Assembly: GCA_963737065.1 (NCBI GenBank)
Contig: CAVTRC010000001.1
Span: 960,001 to 1,024,000 of the forward strand
Source of the DNA: Candidatus Eremiobacteria bacterium
GTDB lineage: Bacteria; Vulcanimicrobiota; Vulcanimicrobiia; Vulcanimicrobiales; Vulcanimicrobiaceae
Direction: 5' to 3'
DNA: 64,000 bases
In this document: positions 47,402 through 58,636 of the stretch, piece by piece
Numbering within the stretch: position 1 is the first letter of the stretch
Layout: every line of letters starts with the position of its first letter
The notes under the pieces: model-generated
Told to the model about the DNA's origin: nothing
The model's input: only the letters and a program-made list of their open reading frames with translations
Database searches by the model: none
Made by a program: the position numbers and the translations under genes

Positions 47402-48093
47402 GCAGGCGCTTCGAACGTGCCCGGGCTCTTGTCCGTGCCTTTCCACTCCAGCGTGCGCTCCGGGGTCGCATCGGAAAGCGCGCGACGCAGGTGTTCCGCA
47501 TCGTAATCGTTCGTATAGACCGGTGACCCCGGTTGCTGTCGCCATGACTGCGCGAGCGTGCCGGCGTCGACCGCATCGAATCCGATTTCGTTGATGAGCT
47601 GCATCACGACCGCCTTCGCTTTGGGGTCGTCGCCCGCAACGGGAAGCGCGACGCGCCCGGGAGTTCCCGCGGGTTTTCCGTTGTCTTGTAAGTGCTGCGC
47701 ATAGATGTTGTTGAAGGCCTTGACCACGGGGCGGCCGATTTGCGTCGACACCCACTGACTTTCGGTCATACCATTTTCGATCGGTTCGATGCGTCCGTCG
47801 CGTTGGCGTGGATAGTAATTCCCGGTGTCGATCACGACAACGTTGTCTGAAATGCCCGAAAATAAGTCTTTCGGCAGCTCCGGAATGTTTTTTTCCGGAA
47901 TCGTGACGACAACCACGTCGCGTCCGCGTGCTGCCTCGTGTACCGTCACCGCTTTAGCGCCCGTTTCCGAAGCGAGATCGCGCAGCGACTCCCGACCGCG
48001 CGAATTTGAAACCGCAACGTCGTGACCGGCGGCACGAAACCGGCGCGTGAGCGCGCTTCCGATGTTTCCCGCTCCGATGATGCCGATCTTCAT
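47398..48093 (-). CDS. NADP oxidoreductase (F420-dependent NADP reductase family)
   Basis: GAGNIG, NSRG, IDTGNY, VVKAFNNI, GFDAVDAG. Confidence 0.9.
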   Translation of the reverse strand: MKIGIIGAGNIGSALTRRFRAAGHDVAVSNSRGRESLRDLASETGAKAVTVHEAARGRDVVVVTIPEKNIPELPKDLFSGISDNVVVIDTGNYYPRQRDGRIEPIENGMTESQWVSTQIGRPVVKAFNNIYAQHLQDNGKPAGTPGRVALPVAGDDPKAKAVVMQLINEIGFDAVDAGTLAQSWRQQPGSPVYTNDYDAEHLRRALSDATPERTLEWKGTDKSPGTFEAPA

Positions 48094-48169
48094 ATTCCGT
48101 TCTCCTCAGCGGGCGTACACTTGCCTTATGACGCCGTCACCGTTCAATTGGTTCGTTCGCTAGTCGACT

Positions 48170-49639
48170 ATGCGTAGTCGCGTGCCCGTCGCTTTCGTGA
48201 TGGCGACAATGCTTACTGCGTGTGGCGGCGGCTCCGGTGCGCCTGTACCGTCGGCGCCTTCGCCTGCTCCGAATACGCCGCCGCCTTCGCAAATCGTTCG
48301 CATCAGCGCCGATTCGTTTACCGATCCGCTCGGGGAACATGACACGGAAGTCGAACCCTCCGCGGCCGTCCACGGTGACACCATCGTCGCCGCATTTCAA
48401 GTCGCGCGACAGTTCGTCGCCGGAGGCTCGGCGATTGGAGTTGCGACGTCGAGTAACGGCGGACGCAGCTGGTTCAGTACAACGTTGCCCGGCATTACGA
48501 AGATCACGGGCGGAAGCGCCGATAGCGCGAGCGATGCGGCGGTCGCGTATGACGCGGCACACGGCGCGTGGTTGGTTTCCACGATTCCGATCGTCAACCG
48601 AGACGTTCCGTACCCCGAGGTAAGCCGATCGGCCGACGGTACGATCTGGAATCAACCGGTGCGCGTCGGCACCGGCGATATCAATGACGATAAGGATTGG
48701 ATCGCATGCGATAACGTTGCGTCGAGCCCCGACTTCGGACATTGCTACGTCAGCTGGGATGATGCGGGCCGAAACGGTCTTCTGGAAGTAAGCACGACGG
48801 TCGACGGCGGCGCGACATGGAGTGCGCCGCGCACGAGCAATGACTCGGCAACCGGGATCGGCGCGCAGGCGGTACCGCTTCCGAGCGGCGATGTCGTCGT
48901 GGTGAGCGACGACTACGATGAAGCAAACGTCGTTGCGGTTACCTCTCACGACGGCGGTAGAACGTTCGGCGCAGCAACGCGGGTAGCCGCAATCATCGAT
49001 CATCTTCAAGCCGGCAATCTGCGCAGTGGTCCGCTCGTCTCGACGGCCGTCGATGAATCAGGAACGATTTATGCCGTTTGGCAAGATTGCCGCTTTGAAA
49101 CGGCGTGCGCGAGCGACGATCTGGTTCTCAGCACTTCGCGCGACGGAACGCAATGGACAACTCCGCAGCGCGTGCCGCTCGATCCGATCGGCAGCGGCGT
49201 CGATCATTTTATCCCGGGACTTGGAGCCGATCCGAACACGGGCGGTTCGAGCGCGCATCTTGGCGTCTCGTACTACTCGTACGCGAGCACGTCGTGCACC
49301 GCATCGTGCTTGCTCTCGATCGATTATGCCGCTTCGCCGGACCGCGGAAGAACCTGGACGGCTGCCGCTTCCGGCGCCGATACAATGACTCCGGCGTGGC
49401 TTGCGACGACCAACGAAGGCCGAATGGTGGCAGACTACGTCGCATCGGTATTCGCCCTCGGTGCACCGCTCGCAATTTACACGCAAGCGTCGATGCCGGG
49501 TACGCTTTTGAATGAGGCGACGTACGCATGGTCCCCGAACGTCGAGCTCGCGCGAGCTTCGAGAACTTCGCTTGCAGATCGCGCCATCCCAGGCGCACAT
49601 TCCGATCGTCCGAAGCGCCGGCTGATTCCGACGCGGTAA
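48170..49639 (+). CDS. Lipoprotein with BNR/Asp-box repeats (sialidase-like propeller)
   Basis: LTAC lipobox; SSNGGRSW, TVDGGATW, SHDGGRTF, SRDGTQW, SPDRGRTW Asp boxes. Confidence 0.88.
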   Translation: MRSRVPVAFVMATMLTACGGGSGAPVPSAPSPAPNTPPPSQIVRISADSFTDPLGEHDTEVEPSAAVHGDTIVAAFQVARQFVAGGSAIGVATSSNGGRSWFSTTLPGITKITGGSADSASDAAVAYDAAHGAWLVSTIPIVNRDVPYPEVSRSADGTIWNQPVRVGTGDINDDKDWIACDNVASSPDFGHCYVSWDDAGRNGLLEVSTTVDGGATWSAPRTSNDSATGIGAQAVPLPSGDVVVVSDDYDEANVVAVTSHDGGRTFGAATRVAAIIDHLQAGNLRSGPLVSTAVDESGTIYAVWQDCRFETACASDDLVLSTSRDGTQWTTPQRVPLDPIGSGVDHFIPGLGADPNTGGSSAHLGVSYYSYASTSCTASCLLSIDYAASPDRGRTWTAAASGADTMTPAWLATTNEGRMVADYVASVFALGAPLAIYTQASMPGTLLNEATYAWSPNVELARASRTSLADRAIPGAHSDRPKRRLIPTR

Positions 49640-50065
49640 CTACAGCAAATATTTGCGCATCATCGCCATGTCGATTTTGAACGTGTGCTGTGGAAGCACG
49701 GCTTCGATACCATAGCCGCATGCTTTGAGAAACCGTTGCGCGCCGCGTTCGTGCGGCACGATCGCGGTCATCTTATGACAGTTGTAATACTTTGCAACGT
49801 CGGCCATCTCCGCCACGATCGCGCGCGCAATGCCCTTCCTGCGATGTTCCGGCGTGACGATGAGCCGTTCGATCTGACCAAGCGATGCAGCGACTTTGAG
49901 TGTGCCGGCCGCGATCAAAGCATCGACGCCGTTCACCGCAAACCCGTAGCGCGCTTGGTGCCAGACAACCGGGAACTCGTAGAACGTTCGCAAGCTCTCG
50001 CGTTCGCGCGCACGGTAGAAGTCGTCGAGCGCATCGAGCGGGACGCGCACGACGTCAAACGCCAA
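49640..50065 (-). CDS. GNAT family N-acetyltransferase
   Basis: LIVTPEHRRKGIAR, AQRFLKACGY. Confidence 0.85.
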   Translation of the reverse strand: MAFDVVRVPLDALDDFYRARERESLRTFYEFPVVWHQARYGFAVNGVDALIAAGTLKVAASLGQIERLIVTPEHRRKGIARAIVAEMADVAKYYNCHKMTAIVPHERGAQRFLKACGYGIEAVLPQHTFKIDMAMMRKYLL

Positions 50066-50849
50066 CCGCCGAGACCTCCGTCGTCAGATCGACTTCCAAA
50101 TTATCTCGTGCCGCAATCGTGCGGATGCCGAGATCGTCTTCCAGGCTCTGTGCGAGCGTACGGGGGTCGGCTTCGAGCATTTTCGTCCCGAAGTGCTGAA
50201 GAATCGCAACGCGTGGACGCACGCCTTCGACGACCGCGCGCGCTTGATCCCATGTAAGGTGATCGACGTCCATGCCGTCGCGGAAGCGAAGCACGTTGAC
50301 GATCAACACGTCCGGTTGCACTTGCGCGTACGCTTCCACCAGCTCGTCGAAGTAACGGCCGCACGGCAAGTACGAGACGCGCATCGTGCCGTGCGTGAAG
50401 TGCATGCCGTACGTTTCGACGGCGTGCACGTGCCGTATGGACGCGCGAACATCGACGTCGCCGACACGATACGGACCTCCGCGTTCGGTAACGACATCAA
50501 TGCGCTCGACGAATCGTTGTGCGTACGGCAGCACCGTCGGTTCGTGTTCCAGCGCGTCGTTCGGCGCGAGCAGCACGCCCCGTTTGCGGAATCCGCCCGA
50601 CGTCATTGCTTCGATCATCGCCGTAACGTCGCCGGCATGATCGAGGTGTTTGTGCGAGAGTGCAATCGCATCGAGCTCGCGCGGGTTGAACGGCGGCGCG
50701 TGCGACAGCGCGCGAACGAGCGCTCCCGGACCCGGATCGACGTGAATCTGCGTACCGCCGAAACGGAACCACATACCGCCCGACGCGCGCAACTGACGCG
50801 CGACGACAAATCGCGCTCCGCCGCTTCCGAGAAACGTTACCGAATCCAA
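50055..50849 (-). CDS. MBL-fold metallo-hydrolase
   Basis: FLGSGG, DPGPG, SHKHLDH, later H residues and HFG. Confidence 0.9.
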   Translation of the reverse strand: MDSVTFLGSGGARFVVARQLRASGGMWFRFGGTQIHVDPGPGALVRALSHAPPFNPRELDAIALSHKHLDHAGDVTAMIEAMTSGGFRKRGVLLAPNDALEHEPTVLPYAQRFVERIDVVTERGGPYRVGDVDVRASIRHVHAVETYGMHFTHGTMRVSYLPCGRYFDELVEAYAQVQPDVLIVNVLRFRDGMDVDHLTWDQARAVVEGVRPRVAILQHFGTKMLEADPRTLAQSLEDDLGIRTIAARDNLEVDLTTEVSAVGV

Positions 50850-50862
50850 AGCGGGACTCGGA

Positions 50863-51300
50863 TTAGGGCGCGTTACGTCCTGGTGCGGGTGCGCCGTACG
50901 CTAACGCGCGTGCCTTTCCGGATTCGTGCTTGCTCTTATAGAGCACGAAGAATTGTTCGAGATTCGTGCGATACTGCTCGAGCGCCACGCTCCACATGCG
51001 TAACGCCGCGCCGCCTGCTTCCGTAACGGTATAAATGCGGCGCGCGGGTCCTTGCTCTTTCGGATCCCACCACGACGAAATGTATCCGTCGCGTTCAAGT
51101 TGACGAAGCGCTCGATACACCGTACCGGGGTCCGTTACCACGTTGAACTTTTCCTTAAGTTCTTTCATGATTTCGTACCCGTGCAGGTTGTGGTCTTTGA
51201 GCATGACCAGCAGCCATGCCATTAAGTAGTTCTTTGGGGTTCCCCGGGGTGGTAAGCCGCTTTCGCGCGAGCTGGCGGTGGCGAAACCCGAATCGATCAT
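50863..51300 (-). CDS. PadR-family regulator, PhaQ-like
   Basis: PKNYL...LHGYEIM...DPGTVYRALRQLE...GPARRIYTVT...LEQYRTNLEQFF. Confidence 0.88.
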   Translation of the reverse strand: MIDSGFATASSRESGLPPRGTPKNYLMAWLLVMLKDHNLHGYEIMKELKEKFNVVTDPGTVYRALRQLERDGYISSWWDPKEQGPARRIYTVTEAGGAALRMWSVALEQYRTNLEQFFVLYKSKHESGKARALAYGAPAPGRNAP

Positions 51301-51505
51301 GCGGGTGCCCCGGGTGCGGCTCTGTGCTCCTCCACGAACATGCGAGTGCCGGTCCTTCCGATATGGGCCTTTCGAACTAGACCCTGTGCAACCCGGCGGT
51401 AGTTTTACGCCTGTGAAAGCCTGACCTGCGCTCAAAATCGAAGCGATCGGGGTACGCTCAGTACGAGCTGGCATTCGTTACTTCGGAATAGTGCGCTGAT
51501 TTACG

Positions 51506-52000
51506 ATGAAATACGTCCCCGCGACCGCGTTCATGCAAGATTTATTCGGCGGCTCCGTTTCGCGAACGACGGTCGTGGAGCGGCTGTTCGCCGATTCGGA
51601 TATCGCGGCGATTGCCGCGGAACATGGGGTGGAGCGCGAGAACGTTTTAACCGCGCTCGCACGCGACGAATCGAGCGCCGCCGGCAGCCGGTTGCGCATA
51701 GCAGTGGAAGCAATGCGCCGCGGCTCAACGGAAGTACCGCGTGGAAATGCGTTTCCGAAGGATCTCAGCCGGGTCACGGACGGCGGCCTCGAACTCATCG
51801 GCCTCTTCGTCAACCCGCTCGCGACGACGTCAATGATCCTCAACGCCGCACCGCCCGCACTCGACGAAGCGGCGCGCGCTATCGACCCTCGCCTATCGCT
51901 TGCCGCATTCGCGTCGCGCGTCTTTCGCGTGCTCGCGGTCCAGCATCCGCCGCTCGCGCACGCGCTGACGAACGCGGCTAATGCACTGGAACGTGCTTAG
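51506..52000 (+). CDS. Hypothetical helical protein
   Basis: Fills the gap, typical codon usage; no family recognised. Confidence 0.6.
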   Translation: MKYVPATAFMQDLFGGSVSRTTVVERLFADSDIAAIAAEHGVERENVLTALARDESSAAGSRLRIAVEAMRRGSTEVPRGNAFPKDLSRVTDGGLELIGLFVNPLATTSMILNAAPPALDEAARAIDPRLSLAAFASRVFRVLAVQHPPLAHALTNAANALERA

Positions 52001-53217
52001 GCCAGGACGCTCAACTGCGAGAACGTCCCCGCGAGAATTTTTTGCGACGGGCGTCCGAGCCAACGCTCGAGCACGGTCGCATACACACTGCGGAAATCCG
52101 TCGTGAACGCGACGTTACCCATATTCGTCGTTTGCAGGTCGGGAAGCGAGCCGTAGACGCCGGCCTTTACACCGCCTCCGACGAGGAAGAGCGGCGATGC
52201 CTCACCATGATCCGTTCCACGGCTTCCGTTCTCGGCAATGCGACGCCCGAATTCACTGAACGTCATCGTCAGGACCCGATTGTCGTTGCCATGCGCCCGG
52301 AGATCGTCGTAAAACGCGTAGATCGCATCGGAAAACTCGCGTAAGAGGCGGTCTTGCGTACCTTTTTGACTCACGTGCGTATCGAAGGAACCGTGCTGCA
52401 CGTAGAGCACCCGCGTTCCGAGGTTGCTGCCGACGATCTGCGCCGCGAGCGCCAAACTTCTTCCAAGCGGCGTCGCCGGATACGATGCGTCGGTCTTATA
52501 GCCGGCGACGAGTTTCGGCAGCTCTTCGGACCCGCGTTGCGCATCGTCTTCGATTTGCGCGATATGCGCTAGATAGGGCGAGTCGAACGGAAACCTCTTG
52601 TCGCGAACAAGCTCGGCGTACGTCTTTCGCGCAATGTCGTTTCGATCGCTCACCAATCCATAGCCGTTCAGCTGTGCCACGGCGGGTACGTCAACCTTGT
52701 TCGATATTAGAGCTTCGGGAAGAACTTGCGCGAGCGCGAGACCGTTGAAAAGATTTTCTTGCGGAAGATTCGCTTCATCGAGATAGCGGCCGAGCCATCC
52801 GGTATGCTCGTAGCGATCGGGTATCGCCGTCTGCCAAATTTCCGTCGAGCGGAAATGTGAATGATCGGGATTGGGATATCCAACGCCTTGGACGATCGCC
52901 ATATCGCCCCGGTCGAAGAGCGCTTTGAGCGATTTCATCTCGGGATTGAATCCCAATTGCTCGTTGATTGCTAGAACGTCGCCGCGCGGGACCGCAAGCG
53001 TTGGACGCATCTGGTAGTACGCGTCGTTCCCGTGTGGAACGATGCAGTTCAGCCCGTCATTTCCACCTTGCAAATTGACGAGAACGAGAACGCGATTCTC
53101 TGCTCCCGGCAGTCCGGGCAGCGGAGTGTCCGCAAGCGCGCGTGCGAACACATGGTCCATGTTTGCAACAACCGCGAGCCCCGAGAGCGCGCCCAGTACG
53201 AACTTACCGCGTTTCAT
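51997..53217 (-). CDS. DUF1501 family protein
   Basis: LQGGNDGLN, YPNPDHSHFRS, FDTH, SEFGRR, GTDHG, DFRSVYA. Confidence 0.93.
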   Translation of the reverse strand: MKRGKFVLGALSGLAVVANMDHVFARALADTPLPGLPGAENRVLVLVNLQGGNDGLNCIVPHGNDAYYQMRPTLAVPRGDVLAINEQLGFNPEMKSLKALFDRGDMAIVQGVGYPNPDHSHFRSTEIWQTAIPDRYEHTGWLGRYLDEANLPQENLFNGLALAQVLPEALISNKVDVPAVAQLNGYGLVSDRNDIARKTYAELVRDKRFPFDSPYLAHIAQIEDDAQRGSEELPKLVAGYKTDASYPATPLGRSLALAAQIVGSNLGTRVLYVQHGSFDTHVSQKGTQDRLLREFSDAIYAFYDDLRAHGNDNRVLTMTFSEFGRRIAENGSRGTDHGEASPLFLVGGGVKAGVYGSLPDLQTTNMGNVAFTTDFRSVYATVLERWLGRPSQKILAGTFSQLSVLA

Positions 53218-53248
53218 GAATGTCTTATTTCGTCCTCTGATGTCTGGC

Positions 53249-54688
53249 CTAGGCTAACTGATAGGCGGGCATGGCCATCGCCAAGTATGCCGCACCGCGA
53301 ACGCGTTCTTGAAAGTTTTCGGCGCCGAGAGATTTGAGGGCAGAGGTGGAGACGCCGTTCAAATAGCCGAGCAGTTGCGTGCGCGCGATCTCGGGCGCAT
53401 CACCCTGCAAGAGAACTTCAATGAGCTCCAGGGACGCGCGGTTCGCGTCGACCGGGACCGCTTGCAACCACGACGATTCCGCCATCATCGGCGAATTGCT
53501 CAGTTGCGCGAGAAAGTTCTGTCGAGCGATGATCGTCTGCGATGTGATCCAATTCTGACCTCCGGGCCAACCGGCAACGTTGGGCGGATAAAACAGAATC
53601 TGACCCATTTGGTTGAGCGCACGCGGAGCGGCCGCGTCGATTTGCGAAAGCCCGAACGTCTGATGCGTTCCGACGACGAATTCGACGGGACTCTTTACGA
53701 GCGCGCGATACGCACGCCGCGAGAAAAAGACGTTACTTTGCAAGAGCGTTGACATCACGGGTGCAAGATTGAAATCGTACTTTCGGATCACGGCGGCCAG
53801 TCCATCGACGAGTTGCGGCTCTGGATCGTTGTAGACGAAATAATTAAGCAGCGTGTTGGCCCAAAACTTCGAAGCCGCGGGCTGTTGATAGATTATCGAA
53901 ACGATATCAGCGCCGTCGAAGTTCCCGGAGCGACCGAGGAACGTCTTGATTCCGCTGTCATGAATGCGCGGGTTGCTGACGAATTCGCCTGTTTGGCGGT
54001 TGATCGTCCACCCGGTGAAAGCTCGCGCAGACTGGCGGATGTCTTCTTCCGTGTAATTTCCGTGACCGAGCGTGAACAGTTCCATCAACTCACGCGCGTA
54101 GTTCTCATTCGGATGCGCCTTGTTGTTGCGCGCATTGTCCAAATACAGCAACATCCCGGGATCTTTGCTGACGGCAAGCGTCACGGCACGTAAATTGCCG
54201 AGCGCATTCTCGCGGAAGAGCTGATTTTGACCGTAGACGTACGTGGGCCACACGCCTTTTTGGATCGCGGCTGTTGTAAAGTGACCGTGAAAGAAGAACG
54301 TCATCTTCTCTTGCAGCGGTGCTGGCGTCGTGAGCATGCGATTGAGCCACCACATCTGCAGCGAGACGATCGACTGCCGCGAGTTCTTGCGAATCGTTTT
54401 CAGCGCGTCCATGCGCTGATCTTTAGGCAACCCCACGAGGTTCGCGATGTCGGGCTGGTAGAGGTCGGCGGGCGAAACGAGATTCGACGTGTCGGGGAAG
54501 TGCACGAGCGACTCCACGACGTCGTGCGGGCTGCTGCGTGTCGCGGCGGCGATCGCTTGCGGCGTGCCGCCGAATCCCGCACGGCGTAGCAAGTGCGCCG
54601 CGAGGCGCGAATCCCATTTCCCACCGTACGGAGCAAGCGCGGTTCGCGCATCGAGCGATCCTTCCGGACGATTGAATCCCGAGGCCAT
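53249..54688 (-). CDS. DUF1800 family protein
   Basis: [45 protein letters not shown]. Confidence 0.93.
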   Translation of the reverse strand: MASGFNRPEGSLDARTALAPYGGKWDSRLAAHLLRRAGFGGTPQAIAAATRSSPHDVVESLVHFPDTSNLVSPADLYQPDIANLVGLPKDQRMDALKTIRKNSRQSIVSLQMWWLNRMLTTPAPLQEKMTFFFHGHFTTAAIQKGVWPTYVYGQNQLFRENALGNLRAVTLAVSKDPGMLLYLDNARNNKAHPNENYARELMELFTLGHGNYTEEDIRQSARAFTGWTINRQTGEFVSNPRIHDSGIKTFLGRSGNFDGADIVSIIYQQPAASKFWANTLLNYFVYNDPEPQLVDGLAAVIRKYDFNLAPVMSTLLQSNVFFSRRAYRALVKSPVEFVVGTHQTFGLSQIDAAAPRALNQMGQILFYPPNVAGWPGGQNWITSQTIIARQNFLAQLSNSPMMAESSWLQAVPVDANRASLELIEVLLQGDAPEIARTQLLGYLNGVSTSALKSLGAENFQERVRGAAYLAMAMPAYQLA

Positions 54689-54767
54689 ACACTTATTGAA
54701 CGCATCCAGCGACCCGAGCGTCATGAAGGACGGGTTAGGGCCGAGGCTTGCCGAACGAGCGGCCTTC

Positions 54768-56351
54768 GTGAGCCTTCTGGAATCTCGCCTGGACCCGCAA
54801 AGCGAGGCATTTGCGCTGAATGCGCATCGAATGACGACCTTGGTTAGCGAATATCGCGAACGACTCGAAGCCGTTCGCGGGGGTGGTGGCCCGGAAGCAA
54901 CCACAAAGCATCGCAAGCGCGGGAAGCTGACCGCGCGGCAACGGATCGACGAGTTAATTGATCCGGACTCGGATTTCCTCGAGTTCTCGGCGCTCGCCGC
55001 ATACGAGATGTATAAGGGCGACTCGCCTTCTGCGGGAATCGTCACGGGAATCGGTTGCGTCGAAGGCCAGCATTGCGTCATCGTCGCGAACGACGCGACG
55101 GTCAAAGGCGGCACGTACTACCCGATGACCGTCAAAAAGCATTTGCGCGCACAGGAGATCGCAGAGCAAAATCATCTGCCCTGCATCTATCTCGTGGATT
55201 CGGGCGGCGCGTTTCTTCCGTTGCAAGCGGACGTTTTTCCGGATCGCGATCACTTCGGACGCATCTTCTACAATCAAGCGCGCATGTCGGGAAAACGTAT
55301 TCCGCAGATCGCCGCGGTGATGGGATCGTGCACCGCTGGCGGCGCCTACGTGCCGGCTATGAGCGATGAAACCGTCATCGTCAAAGGCACCGGAACGATC
55401 TTTCTCGGCGGTCCGCCGCTCGTGAAAGCAGCGACGGGCGAAGAAGTGACCGCGGAAGAGCTCGGCGGCGCGGACGTTCACACGCGCATTTCAGGTGTTG
55501 CGGATCACTTTGCGAACGACGATCCCCACGCGCTCGGAATTGTTCGCGAAATCGTGCGCAACTTGCATCGCGAGCTGCCGCGCCAGTGGGATCGTGAAGA
55601 ACCACGCCGGCCGAAATACGACCCCCGCGACATCTACGGGATCATTCCAGCAGACAGCCGCACGGGCTACGACGTACGCGAAATCGTCGCGCGTCTCGTG
55701 GACGGTTCGGAATTTCACGAATTCAAAGCGCGTTACGGCACGACGCTCGTGTGCGGGTTCGCGCATATCGAGGGCCATCCGATCGGCATCCTCGCGAACA
55801 ACGGGATTCTTTTTAGCGAAAGCGCGCTCAAGGGCGCGCACTTCATCGAACTGTGTGCGCAGCGCGGCACGCCGCTGCTGTTCTTGCAGAATATCACCGG
55901 CTTCATGGTCGGCAAGCAATATGAGAACGGCGGCATTGCAAAAGACGGAGCAAAACTCGTGACCGCCGTCGCGTGCGCGGAAGTGCCGAAGTTCACGGTC
56001 GTGATCGGCGGCAGTTTCGGTGCGGGCAATTACGGCATGTGCGGACGCGCCTACTCGCCGCGTCAGTTGTGGATGTGGCCGAACGCCCGCATCAGCGTGA
56101 TGGGCGGAGCGCAAGCAGCGAGCGTCTTATCGACCGTGAAGGGGGACATGACGTCCGAAGAAAAGGCCAAATTCGAAGCGCCGATTCTCGAAAAATACGA
56201 GCACGAAGGTAATCCGTACTATTCGACGGCGCGTCTTTGGGACGACGGCATCATCGACCCGCTCGACACGCGCCGGGTCCTCGCAATCGGGCTGGACGCT
56301 GCCGCGCATGCGCCGCAGCCGCCCACGCACTTCGGCATCTTCCGAATGTAG
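54768..56351 (+). CDS. liuB: Methylcrotonoyl-CoA carboxylase, carboxyltransferase (beta) subunit
   Basis: [51 protein letters not shown]. Confidence 0.93.
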   Translation: MSLLESRLDPQSEAFALNAHRMTTLVSEYRERLEAVRGGGGPEATTKHRKRGKLTARQRIDELIDPDSDFLEFSALAAYEMYKGDSPSAGIVTGIGCVEGQHCVIVANDATVKGGTYYPMTVKKHLRAQEIAEQNHLPCIYLVDSGGAFLPLQADVFPDRDHFGRIFYNQARMSGKRIPQIAAVMGSCTAGGAYVPAMSDETVIVKGTGTIFLGGPPLVKAATGEEVTAEELGGADVHTRISGVADHFANDDPHALGIVREIVRNLHRELPRQWDREEPRRPKYDPRDIYGIIPADSRTGYDVREIVARLVDGSEFHEFKARYGTTLVCGFAHIEGHPIGILANNGILFSESALKGAHFIELCAQRGTPLLFLQNITGFMVGKQYENGGIAKDGAKLVTAVACAEVPKFTVVIGGSFGAGNYGMCGRAYSPRQLWMWPNARISVMGGAQAASVLSTVKGDMTSEEKAKFEAPILEKYEHEGNPYYSTARLWDDGIIDPLDTRRVLAIGLDAAAHAPQPPTHFGIFRM

Positions 56352-56365
56352 CGCACAAACGGCGC

Positions 56366-58114
56366 TCATGCCGTGGACGTAGACGCTTTCAACGCCAGCT
56401 CGCGGCGGAGCGATTCCATTTCACGGCGCAGCTGCTCCGCTTCAACATGGTCGAAGGCCGCGCCGGCGGCGTTCACGACGCCTTCGATCGCGCGCATTTC
56501 GTCGCCGTCGAGATCGGCGCCGTTCGTATGTTCGCCGTAGAGCACGATCGCAATGACGCGGCGCCGCGCGAGCACCGGAATCGCGAGAACGGGCCGCGCA
56601 GTACCGCTGGGAAGACTGGAAACCGGCCATCGTATCTCCGAGACTCGCAATGCCGTTTGCTCGGCCTCGACGTGCATGACTAGCGCATCCTGCCGCGAGA
56701 GGATTGAGACGCATTCGGGATCCCAGCCGCACGCGCGTACGCGCGCCCATTCGCCGCTATCGTTCATCTGAAATACCGCCGCCGACCCCAAGCCCAGAAT
56801 AACGAATGGCTCGTCCACCAGGAACTCGTGAATGACGTCCACCCGCTCGGAATGAAGCACCGCACGCGCTGCCTTCTCCAACCGCCGCTGTGCAACGTAC
56901 CGGGCGCGGAACAGCAGACGATCCACGAAGATATCGGCGCGCTTATGCAGATGATCGAGCCAAATTCCGAGCGCAATCGCCGTTACGAATTGCGTGACCG
57001 CTCCAAGTTGCGTTGCCTCGAGCTTCTTGTTGAAGATCCAATCCAACAGTCCAAAAACCAAGATGATAGAGCCGGTGAGGACTGACACGACGACGGCGCG
57101 GCTCAGGACGAACGTGACGTCGACGACGCGGCTTCGCATGATCCCGTAGACGACGAGCACGACGGCGATGCTTTGGACGACATAAAATATTTCGGCGACG
57201 ACGTATGAATCGTAGAACGGTTTCGTACCCAGCCACCACAGAGCGAACGCAGCCGCGCACCAGACGCCGCCGCCAAAAAGCACCCACGCCATCCGGTGCC
57301 GATCTCGCCCGTCGGCAATCACATAGTTGCGAATCAGTGCTGCGAGCGCTGTCGCGACCGCCAGCACTCCGATCGTAAAGCTAACGGCTGTCATGTTCGG
57401 GGCAAGCATACCGAAAAACGCCCACGACCCGACGGTATAGAGCGAAACCGCGATTTGCGCCAGAAACAAGATGAACGCGAAGCGTTGTGCGGGGCGCATC
57501 CATGGTGCGATGCGATTGTTGGGAACGCGGCTCGCAAAGACGATGACGAATATCCACAACGCCTGCAGTGCACTGCAAAACATCTCGCCGCCGACTACCC
57601 ACCAATAGCCGAACGGCGAAAGGTACTCACATATCGGGTTACTGATATTCAGCCCGACGAGCACGGCGAACAAGCTCCACGTCATCGCGCTCGGACGCAC
57701 GATCACGAGCCAGGCTGCGATTGCTAGCGCAATAAGCGCGAAGATCGTGCTGATGAGCTGCTGGATACGATACAGCGATTCCAGACCGATCTCGCGGGTC
57801 GTTACAACTGCCGTCAAATGCCGCGTACCGCGAATCAGCGGTAGCTCCAGCTTCGTACCGGGCGGCGGAAATTTGTACACGACGGGATCGTAGAGCCGGC
57901 GCATGGGCCACAATCGGGCAGCATCGATGCGATCGCCGGGCTTGATGCCGGCGGCTTGCGCTGATCCATTCGGCAAGACGCTCGCAATTCGTAGACGCGA
58001 GTCGGGAGCAATCCCCAGGTGTCCGAGTGGATACCAAATCTCCAGGAGCGGACCGAATCCGAAAAGCGCAATCAGAACCAATGCGACAAACACCGCTATC
58101 GCGCGTCCTGACAT
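56366..58114 (-). CDS. Membrane receptor-like protein: PDZ - about 7-8 TMs - GAF - coiled coil, no output domain
   Basis: IASVLPNGSAQAAGIKPGDRI (PDZ); TM bundle; LAIPVL...IVLYGEHTNGADLD (GAF). Confidence 0.8.
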   Translation of the reverse strand: MSGRAIAVFVALVLIALFGFGPLLEIWYPLGHLGIAPDSRLRIASVLPNGSAQAAGIKPGDRIDAARLWPMRRLYDPVVYKFPPPGTKLELPLIRGTRHLTAVVTTREIGLESLYRIQQLISTIFALIALAIAAWLVIVRPSAMTWSLFAVLVGLNISNPICEYLSPFGYWWVVGGEMFCSALQALWIFVIVFASRVPNNRIAPWMRPAQRFAFILFLAQIAVSLYTVGSWAFFGMLAPNMTAVSFTIGVLAVATALAALIRNYVIADGRDRHRMAWVLFGGGVWCAAAFALWWLGTKPFYDSYVVAEIFYVVQSIAVVLVVYGIMRSRVVDVTFVLSRAVVVSVLTGSIILVFGLLDWIFNKKLEATQLGAVTQFVTAIALGIWLDHLHKRADIFVDRLLFRARYVAQRRLEKAARAVLHSERVDVIHEFLVDEPFVILGLGSAAVFQMNDSGEWARVRACGWDPECVSILSRQDALVMHVEAEQTALRVSEIRWPVSSLPSGTARPVLAIPVLARRRVIAIVLYGEHTNGADLDGDEMRAIEGVVNAAGAAFDHVEAEQLRREMESLRRELALKASTSTA

Positions 58115-58225
58115 TACAGGGCCCGGTCTTGAGTCGACGCCGGGATTGTTGTTTCCATCACCCTCGCAGTGCTATCGTTCGAATAGCGCCGCTCTTTCTT
58201 TGCTTGATATTCGGGAGGACAGCTC

Positions 58226-58618
58226 GTGGACAGAAATAACGGTTCGGTCGATGTGGCTCCCGACCCGATTGTACCAACCGCGAGGGCTTTAGTTGACTCA
58301 CCGGTTCTTCGCCTGTGGGGTTATGTCGGTGATTCACTGCGAAGCGGATACATACGGCTCTACGCCGACCTCTCATTCCAGTCATACTACGAGATTCAAA
58401 CGAGCGATGTCCTCGAACGCGTCCGCCTTGGCGACAGAGACGGAGCTTCGGGGTCTCTGTTGACAGTGAAATTCGATGCAATACTGCAAGCGATGGAAAG
58501 CGGACCGGTCGGCGCGGATTGGTTGGCCGGCACAGTGACGGCCGAGAATCTACGCGGGGCAGGCCATGGGCCTCGCGCGTTGGGCCAGCCCCCGACCACG
58601 AAGACGAAATCGCGATAG
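58226..58618 (+). CDS. Putative RiPP precursor with a large folded leader domain and Thr/Ser-rich C-terminal core
   Basis: GGGAGG SD; LWGYVGDS...RLYADL...YYEI leader-like domain, ADWLAGTV motif, tail GQPPTTKTKSR; directly upstream of the kinase and lyase. Confidence 0.62.
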   Translation: MDRNNGSVDVAPDPIVPTARALVDSPVLRLWGYVGDSLRSGYIRLYADLSFQSYYEIQTSDVLERVRLGDRDGASGSLLTVKFDAILQAMESGPVGADWLAGTVTAENLRGAGHGPRALGQPPTTKTKSR

Positions 58619-58636
58619 ACGGCCGCTCTCTCTCCA

